IMG/VR virus record: IMGVR_UViG_3300021963_000037
Coordinates: 32,001 to 96,000 of that record
Strand: one strand, 5' to 3'
Length of the DNA stretch: 64,000 nucleotides
DNA from: a virus
The first letter of the stretch is position 1, and each line of letters begins with the position of its first letter. A program made the translations under genes and the position numbers. This document shows positions 31,701 through 40,118 of this stretch, piece after piece. The notes under the pieces are model-generated. The model made no database searches. It had not been told where the DNA came from and saw only the letters and a list, made by a program, of their open reading frames with translations.

Positions 31701-33527
31701 CCAGAAACAAACGGTTATAAGTTTGGATTTACAGTAAATTATACAGTTGCGGGTGATACAACAACTCCTACTTCTAAAGCAATAAGTGTTATTAAGAACG
31801 ATAAGTTTAAAAATGTTTGTATCTATGTTAATTTAACTTTACAAAACAATTTAGTAAAAGCTCTTCCTAGAAAAATATTCTATGAATTAGAAAATGCACT
31901 AAATTTAAGTGGAGATCCAGTAAATACAAATATCACCGGTACTCTTAATTTAAATGGAGCAAACTGGAATAACTTTGAATCTCAAAACTCTGGATTAACA
32001 TTGATTAAAGGTATCGGTACATCATTTAAGAGTCAAATTAACCTAGTTGATGGTAAGTTTACGTATTTATTATTTACAGCAGGTGGAGTAGTAAGAGCTC
32101 TTAAAGTTTATCAAGTTATTGGAGACGATGCAATTGTTGTAAAAGGATGGCCTAGAACAGTTACACCAACAAATGAATCAACATTTGAAACAGGTCCTGA
32201 GTGGACTACTGCTGGTTTAATTTCAACTACAATTCAAGAATCTTTTGTTTACACATATTATAAAGGAGGAAAAGGAGCATTTATTGAAACATTAGAATCT
32301 TTAAATTCAAAAAGAATTGCAGATTTATTTAATAACAATCCTTCTGAAATAGAGTACATAACTGTTAAAGAAGATGGTACGATTTTAAATAATCAATTTA
32401 TATTAAATATCGAAGATGGTACTCAAATTATTAAGCTTTCTAGTTTATCAACTGAAGTAGATAATGAGAAGCCAAAATCGTATAAGGTAACTGCTGACGA
32501 GATAGGTAAAACTATTAAGCAGAGAGACGATGAATATTTTACAGTTCTTAAAAGAATGAATGGTGATTATCTTCCTAAGTTTAGAGATGTTATGTTCTTT
32601 GAAGAGTTATATCCATCAAACGTTTATTATACATTAGATGGTGCAGGAGCACCGATTAAAAACAAGCAAACTATATTATACAATAAGTACAATAATATGG
32701 GTATTGTTTTTGGTTCAGCATACTCATTTACTGGAGAAGACCATTATGGATATTTAAAAAATTATTACTTCCATAAAGTTAATCCAGAATCAGCAGATGC
32801 AGTATTAAAATTGTCAACATCATCTGACAAATTGCCTTTATATCCTAAAATTGGAGAAATCGCAATTGGTAAAAAAGATTTTAATATTCTTAAATCTAAG
32901 TATGAAGATGATTACTATGTTAAGTGTCTATTGAATGACAAAACTGAAACTGCATATGGAACAATTAATCCTGTAGAAAATATTTCTTTCATGGCTTCAA
33001 CTGTTATGAAAGTAGATGACGTATACACACTTTCTAGATTTAATGCAACGCAAGTTGGTTCAGAACAAGAATTAACAAATGCCAAAATTAAAGCATCTAG
33101 AACTAATTCTATTTTCTGGTATGAAAATGATTCTAAAATATACATTGACTTTTATTTAAGATTTGCATTACTTGATGAGTTAATTGAAAAGGGTGTAAAC
33201 GATAAATTCAATAAATATATTACTCCATCAAAATCATACGGTGATATAACCACGATTGAAGATGATTTGGTTAAATATGTAGATTCTAATATTGTTCCAA
33301 GGTTTATAATTGACACTGTTGAACTATATGCCAAAGAGAGTAAAGATATATCAACTAATTTCGTATCAGTTGTAGATGTTACCGATATTGACCAGACGAC
33401 TTACACAAAGCAGTCTAATTTTACATATTCAACTTTTGCCGAAGATCGATTAGGATTCAGGCTAATATATAACAAAAGGCCTGGTTATAAATACGAATTT
33501 ATTCCTGCCATTAAAATAATCGCATAA
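28743..33527 (+). CDS. Very large virion structural protein
   Basis: 1594 aa, beta-rich composition, upstream of the fibre genes. Confidence 0.6.
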   Translation: MAIQINLDATNNNIDDLSFGLLRTNPALSTNAKLVVDSDGYIFMDAFLADSELVKTGYRKNPINPDSGNYSNDVAKFFGSLANNIKYKTGRVSSDVNVYTDYAFQYETQYSYGASFNNSKIYKEQYKFFAPIWLDKIMPTNFVIYRVNGTVYSENYAETINGQNGRILELLRNATLVKSFDLTENSSIGRYLRRHVNDEKFPTSPISQNFERDQYSIFRGIDTVKGGFVEKKENLHEDFTNHDNLEIFSNEVFSSAFERTGVAVANLINLEFLFDDFQADNYDIYRYFGVYVTPHKEGYFDVDRVVNNDTREGIFVDRASAVSTLDRTGTTLTHLDMLPKYSELLFPSLNWVKSRDGEYFHIRNSELFTETDFLPVSLNKSAESEFKGATKINNLQIEDFSVNLRDFLKLEVVQTPSNGDKIFIVPYTELKAVGFNAAEYTIAAENSLAAGTFTDNKFSINGTLVDVTRALVGCLSQSEYGYKISYEGTKIILEDYAVGSTRKSTMFGIRKANISDFLLVSEGLLEVPTNTNSTIVTNWDIYYPYGGAVENRAVLVKTENKGVVSIGDLVKSAVSDSYVKITQIVEDPKQGLWRIIFEKEIQLPNSRTINVYQKYQTSFGRFQIFDLKDFDFDFHDTSNSDLGELGTEAYILTSQQYAQYSPSSNPDISIPQENYYANLLPVTVEDVIDRRSKVNSLEDPGQVTSFITNVTSEYNRLNENEIKETAILSRVVPRINKFVLKDGFNARMKPYHLSVNESFGINNLSPSLNGDTRSPELLNMEHFHINKTPSFVLADTGNLYKNSSYLDFGLGRILSAADLKSTTFNYFDKYFTWNGGYSEAVVLQSITQRPIGGINFQTTFNFSGPLSVSSRTYTTGTSIFRVGGTPAMYDADVTILAGSNKMVTVGTHGTSSINSFKVGDVVYRNLDSNDDPTGLFIKNKRQKRYSKFSGGNSINQYPSTIFRGLRYTLKNRKESTLSLPKEFIASPETNGYKFGFTVNYTVAGDTTTPTSKAISVIKNDKFKNVCIYVNLTLQNNLVKALPRKIFYELENALNLSGDPVNTNITGTLNLNGANWNNFESQNSGLTLIKGIGTSFKSQINLVDGKFTYLLFTAGGVVRALKVYQVIGDDAIVVKGWPRTVTPTNESTFETGPEWTTAGLISTTIQESFVYTYYKGGKGAFIETLESLNSKRIADLFNNNPSEIEYITVKEDGTILNNQFILNIEDGTQIIKLSSLSTEVDNEKPKSYKVTADEIGKTIKQRDDEYFTVLKRMNGDYLPKFRDVMFFEELYPSNVYYTLDGAGAPIKNKQTILYNKYNNMGIVFGSAYSFTGEDHYGYLKNYYFHKVNPESADAVLKLSTSSDKLPLYPKIGEIAIGKKDFNILKSKYEDDYYVKCLLNDKTETAYGTINPVENISFMASTVMKVDDVYTLSRFNATQVGSEQELTNAKIKASRTNSIFWYENDSKIYIDFYLRFALLDELIEKGVNDKFNKYITPSKSYGDITTIEDDLVKYVDSNIVPRFIIDTVELYAKESKDISTNFVSVVDVTDIDQTTYTKQSNFTYSTFAEDRLGFRLIYNKRPGYKYEFIPAIKIIA

Positions 33528-33530
33528 GGA

Positions 33531-36272
33531 ATGTCTATCGATATTAAAGAACTTTACAAATCCGATCTAGATCCAGCGTCTTCGTCACTGTGGTGGTCAA
33601 GCAAGAAAATTGAAAAACTTAACTGGAATTTCGATCAAATAGAATTGTTTGATGGTGGACCTTATGGACCTCAAGGATTTGAAGGTTCTATAGGATTTGA
33701 AGGTGCAACTGGAGTTCAAGGAGCTTCAGGTGTAAGAGGATTTCAAGGTACTCAAGGTGTTATTGGTGTAGTTGGTTTTAATGATTGGACAATAAACACA
33801 AAACCAAGTGGAACTAATACAACGATAAAATATAAAGAAGTAAAAAACAATCCAGCAAACTATCGTATAGGCTTCGCAGATACTGATACAGAATATGCTG
33901 AAAATGATAGTAGTGTTGCTGTTAAAAGATTTAACACAAAGAGTGCATTACAACCTAATTTAATTTTTATTGCTTCTAATATCGATGCTGGAAATACAAA
34001 CATTCCTGTTAGAGAACATTTTTATTATAATTTGTATGCAAATATAGATAATACTGGTGCTCTTACTAGTACTGTATTAGATTCTGGATTTAAAAATGTA
34101 ACTGATAGTAATTGGAAATTTAGACTTTCACCAACAGTAGGTGCTAGGTTTACATTTTTTACTCCAAAAAGTAACCCAACAACATTATTTGAATTAAATG
34201 CAACCGCATTTACGCCAAAGGTTGTTTCTACGTTTGATGGAGTTTCAACTATTAATGGTACTGTAAAAATCGCATCTAATATGTATGGTGCAGCAGGAAC
34301 CGGTAAAATTGCTGCAACTGCGTATGATACTAGTGGTCAATTAGGTACTGTGATGTGGAAAGAAGTGAATGAAGTATTACCTATCTTTCCAATAGGATCT
34401 ATTATTGCAGTTGATAAAGAATTTACAAGTCAATATTTTAATTTAGAAAAAACTGGAACCGTTAATAATTTAGCAGAAGTTGCTGGTTATGGATCTTTTA
34501 CTCCTACTTTTAAATTTGAGTACGGCGCTGGATTAGCATCAGGTAAATTTAAAGGATGGTACTTATGTAATGGTAAAACATGGTATAAAGGATCAGTTTC
34601 ATATACTTTACCAAATTTATGTAGCTTTGATTTAACAGTTGACTATCCAACATATTCTAGTTCTCTTTTAACACCACCTATATCAGGATATGGATCACTT
34701 ACATTTACAACAACTAATAGACAACATCTAGGAACTGCTCAAGTCGGATTTAAAGCTGATGAAGTATCTACTGGATATTATACTTATAATAATGGAACAA
34801 ATAGTCAAACTAAGGTTAAAGAATCTTATGTTGATGTTGGAGAACCATTAGTTACAATTTACGGTGGAGCAACAACATCAACTCAATTAAATACATCAAC
34901 TGGAAAAGGAGATGGATTATTATATCTATGTTTCTTAGGAGAAGATGGATTTATATGGGACACTGCTGGAACAGTTCCAACAGTTAGCGCAATATCTTTA
35001 GGTTACGATCTAGATGATTATGGAGATGCTTGTTCATCTTCAATAACTTCATTTGATTGTAATTTTGTAACGTCAACTTGGTCAGAAGCCAATAGTTGGA
35101 CTGCCAATGATAATAAATTATATGTTACAAATAGTTCTACTCTTGCTAATAGTGGATGGTATGCAAAAAGTGGAGTAGCAAGATATTGGAATAAAAACAC
35201 TGCTAAATTTGCAATTAGATTAGCATGTCCATCTTATACAGATATTCAATTAGTATATAACACAGCGGTAATTAATGCTGGAATAAACGGTGCTTTTAGT
35301 GGATTGACAAAATCAACATATTATATTAACGGATCTAGTTTATCAAATTCAACTAGCTTATTTACTAATTCAGGTGGTAGCACAAATGCAACACAAGGAT
35401 GGTATAGAGATTCTAGTTCTAGAAGATATTGGAATGGATCATCTTTTGAAGGAGCAATATTCACAGCAGATTATGTTAATGCTATTGACATATACACGCC
35501 ATTAGGATTTGAAACAACTTCTTCTGGCGCATGCGGTTTTTCATTAGAAATTTATGGATATTATCAAAACAGTATTGCAACTTCACAAACTTTTTCAGCA
35601 ATTTCAAATCTTTTTGTTGGAGATTCAAGTGCCGGTTCAGGCGTAATAAATTATGCAGATGCTGCATATTATTATAGCAATGGTTCTATTTACAGAAAAT
35701 GTAATAATAGTTCAACTGGAGCCTTAAACTCTGCTGTATCTTGTTCTTATTCGCCAAGTCCAAGTCCTACACCTGGTGGTGGAAGTGGAGGTTGCGTTCT
35801 TTTTGGAACTAGAATATCCATGAATGATGGTACTATCAAACAAGTTCAAGATCTTTCTATTGGAGATACTCTATATAGTAAAACAATTGTTGGATTACCA
35901 ATGTTAGAAAATACAAAAGATCTGTTTGAATGGAAATCTGATAAATTAGATATTTATGATGAAGATGTTACTGTTGTAGGAATTCAAACATTTAATGTCA
36001 ACGTAGTTCTTTCATTTAATGATGGTAAATTATTTACAACAAAAGACCACTTACACCTTTATAAATCTAATGGTTTATGGAAAATTGGATATGCCGTAGA
36101 TATTAAAACTGGAGATATGTTATTTACAGAAAAAGGAGTAGAATTAGAAGTTAATAGTATCGTTGAAACCAAAGGCCACTACATTGTTTATAAAGTTGAT
36201 GTTGAAGAAAATGATATGTTTTTTGCAAATGGAATATTAACTCATAATAAAGTAGAAGCTAGTCAAGAGTAA
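33531..36272 (+). CDS. Tail fibre with collagen repeats, collar-like domain and C-terminal Hint domain
   Basis: GxY repeats (GPQGFEG...GVQGASG); PIGSII...GWYLCNGK...LPNL collar; Hint from Cys755 (CVLFGT) through TKDH to FFANGILTHN906. Confidence 0.85.
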   Translation: MSIDIKELYKSDLDPASSSLWWSSKKIEKLNWNFDQIELFDGGPYGPQGFEGSIGFEGATGVQGASGVRGFQGTQGVIGVVGFNDWTINTKPSGTNTTIKYKEVKNNPANYRIGFADTDTEYAENDSSVAVKRFNTKSALQPNLIFIASNIDAGNTNIPVREHFYYNLYANIDNTGALTSTVLDSGFKNVTDSNWKFRLSPTVGARFTFFTPKSNPTTLFELNATAFTPKVVSTFDGVSTINGTVKIASNMYGAAGTGKIAATAYDTSGQLGTVMWKEVNEVLPIFPIGSIIAVDKEFTSQYFNLEKTGTVNNLAEVAGYGSFTPTFKFEYGAGLASGKFKGWYLCNGKTWYKGSVSYTLPNLCSFDLTVDYPTYSSSLLTPPISGYGSLTFTTTNRQHLGTAQVGFKADEVSTGYYTYNNGTNSQTKVKESYVDVGEPLVTIYGGATTSTQLNTSTGKGDGLLYLCFLGEDGFIWDTAGTVPTVSAISLGYDLDDYGDACSSSITSFDCNFVTSTWSEANSWTANDNKLYVTNSSTLANSGWYAKSGVARYWNKNTAKFAIRLACPSYTDIQLVYNTAVINAGINGAFSGLTKSTYYINGSSLSNSTSLFTNSGGSTNATQGWYRDSSSRRYWNGSSFEGAIFTADYVNAIDIYTPLGFETTSSGACGFSLEIYGYYQNSIATSQTFSAISNLFVGDSSAGSGVINYADAAYYYSNGSIYRKCNNSSTGALNSAVSCSYSPSPSPTPGGGSGGCVLFGTRISMNDGTIKQVQDLSIGDTLYSKTIVGLPMLENTKDLFEWKSDKLDIYDEDVTVVGIQTFNVNVVLSFNDGKLFTTKDHLHLYKSNGLWKIGYAVDIKTGDMLFTEKGVELEVNSIVETKGHYIVYKVDVEENDMFFANGILTHNKVEASQE
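35793..36248 (+). other. Hint (bacterial intein-like) domain
   Basis: Block A CVLFGTRI, IGD, block B TTKDH, block F/G VYKVDVEENDMFFANGILTHN; the residue after Asn is Lys. Confidence 0.85.
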
Positions 36273-36273
36273 T

Positions 36274-36888
36274 ATGGATTTTTATTATCAAATAGGAGAG
36301 TTTTCAACTACAACAATTTGGGGTCGACCTAGTTGGATGAAAATTAGAAGATTTCTATTAGAACTAAAGAAAACAGAAATTTATAATAAATACAAGATAA
36401 TCATATACGGTGGAATCATGTATGATATTAATAATACATGGGATCTAGATATTCAATTAGTATCTGAAAATTTAGATTCATACGAAGAATTAGAAAAGGA
36501 TTTGTATTTTATTTATGATATTGCGTTAAATAAGCATAGGCTTCTTGTAGATGCTGGATTTTTTTATAAAGAATGGAATCCAAATATAACTAAAACCGAT
36601 TTCTATTCAAATAATTACGATGACATTCCATTTGATTTTATTAAAATAGGATATATTAAAAAAATAATGGACGGTCAAATAGAAGAACATGACCGATTAG
36701 AAAAAGGAGAAGATTTTGTTGCTCGTTTAACTAAATATCTTGTTAAGCGTAGTAGATCTTATCCAAGTTGTTTGAACAAAAAAGGTCATGCACGATGGTT
36801 TAAACATGAAAATTCTAAAAAATTCTATACAATAGATGAATTTCTAGATGACACCGATGTTGATTTCTTTAATAAGACGAATAAGTGA
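36274..36888 (+). CDS. Pol-beta-like nucleotidyltransferase-fold protein
   Basis: IIIYGG...NTWDLDIQL (GG + DxD) and a downstream LLVD third Asp. Confidence 0.55.
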   Translation: MDFYYQIGEFSTTTIWGRPSWMKIRRFLLELKKTEIYNKYKIIIYGGIMYDINNTWDLDIQLVSENLDSYEELEKDLYFIYDIALNKHRLLVDAGFFYKEWNPNITKTDFYSNNYDDIPFDFIKIGYIKKIMDGQIEEHDRLEKGEDFVARLTKYLVKRSRSYPSCLNKKGHARWFKHENSKKFYTIDEFLDDTDVDFFNKTNK

Positions 36889-36933
36889 AAATAAAATCTA
36901 GATAAATATAAAGACAAAAATACCTTAGAGTAG

Positions 36934-39264
36934 ATGCCAATAAATTTAAAACCGATATTAGATTCGCAGACCGATAACGAAAAGTTAGATGCGGTCAATT
37001 ATAATTTCGACCAGATCGTAAGTAACGGTGGTGGTCCAATGGGGTATCAAGGTGCTAAAGGAGCGCAAGGTTTAGATGGACTGACAGGTGCTCAAGGTTC
37101 TCAAGGTGTACAAGGATTTCAAGGTCGTCAAGGTCCTCAAGGACTTAATGCTAATGAGTATTGGATTAAAAATGACGGACCGCAAAATAACACATTGCAG
37201 CCTTTACATGATTCAGCAGGAGGACAAGTTAATCCTCCAACTGTTATGTTTGGTGTTGATGAAACAGATCCATTGTATGGACAAGTAGTTGATACTGCTT
37301 CTGTTTTAATTAATAGAAAATCTAGTGCGTATGTAAATAACTTAGAACTTACCGATGATGGCGTAACAAATTCAGATGGAAATAAAGTTTTTTATACTCT
37401 TAAATTAGAGGGTGGAAAAACCATATATGAAATGGGATTTGCAAATAACACGGTTGGATTACCAACTGAATGGAAACTATATGCAAATCATTTTTATTTT
37501 TCTGATGGTACAAATAATTTCTTAGCATTAGAATCTACTGGAATGACGGTTTATGTACCTGCTCTTTTTACAAATCCAGTAACATTCAATAATACCGTTA
37601 AAATAACTTCTGGTAATCCAGCTGCTGGTAAAATTTTAGTATCGAACGACAACGTTGGTACTGCAGTATGGAAATCAGCGTCTGAAATTTCTGGATTAGT
37701 TCCAGTTGGTACAATCGTACCGATATTAACTAGTGCTTTTGATAGTTCTAGTAATTTCTATAAGGACGCGATTAATGGTTCTCCATTACCCGCAACAGAC
37801 ACTTTAAAAATAAGACATGGTGCCGGTAAAGACAAATATGCAGGTTGGTATCTTTGTAATGGTAAAACTTGGACTAATGGAACTGGTACTTCAACTGAGG
37901 TTCCAGATCTAGTATCTTTTGATTATGAAATTGAAGAAAGAACTTCAGGTACAGGTTCTAATAAGCAAAATGCGGTAACTGTTATTAATACTAAACTTTC
38001 TCTTATTTCAGGTGGTAACGTTGCAGTAACAGCATCTTATGGCGCTAATCCAACGTATCCTAATAATTATACAATAACACAAGATATAGATGCTTCTGTA
38101 AATACTCTTAATGTTCCAACTTCAGGAGGAACTGCATATGATTTAACTAAATTAGTTTACATTATATACTTAGGAGATTCTGGATTATATTGGTCAGATG
38201 CAGGTGCTGCAGGTACAACAATAACACATTATTATGCGTTAGTATCTCGTAAATCAACTAGCAATAGTGATTCTGGAAATTATACGTTTACTGTTGGATC
38301 AACTTATACATTAACTGGTATTCAAGGATCTACACAAACGTTTACAATTACAATGACTCCTTCTGCTGGATATTCATTTACTAGTACATCAAATGTTGCA
38401 TTATATACTACTGGAATATTTGGAACTAATCCAGATGCTTCAGTTACACAAACAAGTGCATCAATTAACAGTTCAGGACAATTAGTCTTAACGTTAACTG
38501 ATTCTGATTTCCAAAATACTGGAAGTTCATTATCATATTTACAATTCGTTGGAAATGCAGTAGGATCAACTACTGGGACGGGAATCAATGTTAGTAAATC
38601 AACGGTTGGTTTCTCTGGAACAAGTTCAGCAGGTTGGACATCGAGTACTGTTTATATTTCAGCAACAGAAAATAATCTTTCAGATGCTACTGCACTAAAA
38701 AGTGTAAGTGATTTAAGTACAAATGCTCAAGCAGGATGGTATGCTCAAAACATATCAGGATCTGGATGGTGCTATAGATATTGGACAGGAAGTGGATTCT
38801 CAACATTAAAAATAACTGGATCTTCTACTGCTCCTGGAAGTTGGTATGATATATCATCAACTTCTGTTGCAATATATGGAACAGTTGGTAATATAATGTA
38901 TGCGAATGGAACATATAATGCATGTACATCTACTGTTAATCCAAATGATGTTGCAACTACAAAAATATGGTCAACTGTATCTAATTTAGATAATTTAGCG
39001 TCTGGTCAAAGTGCTTTTGCAGTAGGAGTTGCATCAGGTTCTAATGCTCCTGTAGATTTTTCATATGGAGGTACAACTTATGGAAGTGGATATATTTCAT
39101 CATCACCTTGTTATAGACTATTAAGTTATAACAATAATACAGGTATCGTAGCTAGACAATCAATATCTTGTGTTGAATACAATTCATCATACGATAATCC
39201 TGGAGGCGGAGGATATTGTTCAACATTCTCATCTGGAGGCGGAGGAGGATCATCGTTCTCATAA
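36934..39264 (+). CDS. Tail fibre paralog (collagen + collar), no Hint
   Basis: NYNFDQI...GGPMGYQG collagen, PVGTIV...GWYLCNGK...VPDL; Ser/Thr/Gly-rich C-terminus; GATAAATA at 36901. Confidence 0.85.
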   Translation: MPINLKPILDSQTDNEKLDAVNYNFDQIVSNGGGPMGYQGAKGAQGLDGLTGAQGSQGVQGFQGRQGPQGLNANEYWIKNDGPQNNTLQPLHDSAGGQVNPPTVMFGVDETDPLYGQVVDTASVLINRKSSAYVNNLELTDDGVTNSDGNKVFYTLKLEGGKTIYEMGFANNTVGLPTEWKLYANHFYFSDGTNNFLALESTGMTVYVPALFTNPVTFNNTVKITSGNPAAGKILVSNDNVGTAVWKSASEISGLVPVGTIVPILTSAFDSSSNFYKDAINGSPLPATDTLKIRHGAGKDKYAGWYLCNGKTWTNGTGTSTEVPDLVSFDYEIEERTSGTGSNKQNAVTVINTKLSLISGGNVAVTASYGANPTYPNNYTITQDIDASVNTLNVPTSGGTAYDLTKLVYIIYLGDSGLYWSDAGAAGTTITHYYALVSRKSTSNSDSGNYTFTVGSTYTLTGIQGSTQTFTITMTPSAGYSFTSTSNVALYTTGIFGTNPDASVTQTSASINSSGQLVLTLTDSDFQNTGSSLSYLQFVGNAVGSTTGTGINVSKSTVGFSGTSSAGWTSSTVYISATENNLSDATALKSVSDLSTNAQAGWYAQNISGSGWCYRYWTGSGFSTLKITGSSTAPGSWYDISSTSVAIYGTVGNIMYANGTYNACTSTVNPNDVATTKIWSTVSNLDNLASGQSAFAVGVASGSNAPVDFSYGGTTYGSGYISSSPCYRLLSYNNNTGIVARQSISCVEYNSSYDNPGGGGYCSTFSSGGGGGSSFS

Positions 39265-39281
39265 TTAGTAATTAAATTAAA

Positions 39282-40100
39282 ATGATAAAAATGTTAGAAT
39301 ACTTAAAAAATATAAAGATGACAAGGAGTACCATTAGCTTCATAGCCGGGGCAATTGTCATACTTTTGTTCTTGAAGCAATGTAATTCTATTTCTACTTT
39401 AAAAAACGAAAAGGCAATTGCACAAACTGAAGCAAATAGACAATTGAATAATCTATTAGCGTCACAAGATAGCGTTAGAGTTCTTATAAAAGAAAACGGT
39501 GGAATTGTAGCTTCTAAAAGAACTTTAGAATATACATATGCTGAATTAGAAAAAAGCAATGCTAATACGATTGCTGAATTTAAATCAGCTATGGGTGATA
39601 TTAAAAACTTAAAGAATGCTAATTCTCTTCTTAAAACTAAAATTGATATTTTAAGTAAATTTAGTGGAGATCCTACAATAGTTGAACAAATTTCTGATAC
39701 AACTGCAACTTTAACTTTTAATAAAAACGACGATTTTGGAAAAGGTAACACTAGAAAATTTAATGGAAAGGTAGAAGTATCTTATATTAATAATAAGTTC
39801 GGTGCTTCTGCTGGAGATTTTACTTTAAACCAAACTATCAAACTATATGCGATGACTGAAAAAACCAAAGATGGTGTTGAGCAAATTAAAATTGCAACTG
39901 ACTATCCTGGAATTACATTCGGAGAGATTGAAAATATAAACTTGATAAATAATAAACTGAATAAGCCTGAGAAAAAAGCGGGTTGGTCAATTGGAATGGG
40001 TCTTGGATATGGTATTACGTTAAACAACGGACAAACAATTCAAATGGGACCTAACCTAAGTATCGGATTATTCTGGAGCCCTAAGTGGTTAAGATTCTAA
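39282..40100 (+). CDS. Membrane protein with coiled coil and C-terminal beta-hairpin (spanin-like)
   Basis: TM segment ISFIAGAIVILLFL, coiled coil, C-terminal KKAGWSIGMGLGYG...GPNLSIGLFW..WLRF. Confidence 0.5.
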   Translation: MIKMLEYLKNIKMTRSTISFIAGAIVILLFLKQCNSISTLKNEKAIAQTEANRQLNNLLASQDSVRVLIKENGGIVASKRTLEYTYAELEKSNANTIAEFKSAMGDIKNLKNANSLLKTKIDILSKFSGDPTIVEQISDTTATLTFNKNDDFGKGNTRKFNGKVEVSYINNKFGASAGDFTLNQTIKLYAMTEKTKDGVEQIKIATDYPGITFGEIENINLINNKLNKPEKKAGWSIGMGLGYGITLNNGQTIQMGPNLSIGLFWSPKWLRF

Positions 40101-40118
40101 AATTATTATAAAAAGAAA

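Noticed and set aside
35793-36248. Canonical mobile intein
   Set aside because: No homing endonuclease, +1 residue is Lys, and only 7 residues follow; better described as a BIL/Hint domain.
39272-39751. 159-aa minus-strand ORF and the other minus-strand or alternate-frame ORFs in the track
   Set aside because: All lie over longer + strand genes with recognisable motifs or coherent operon packing; they are shadow ORFs with no motifs.
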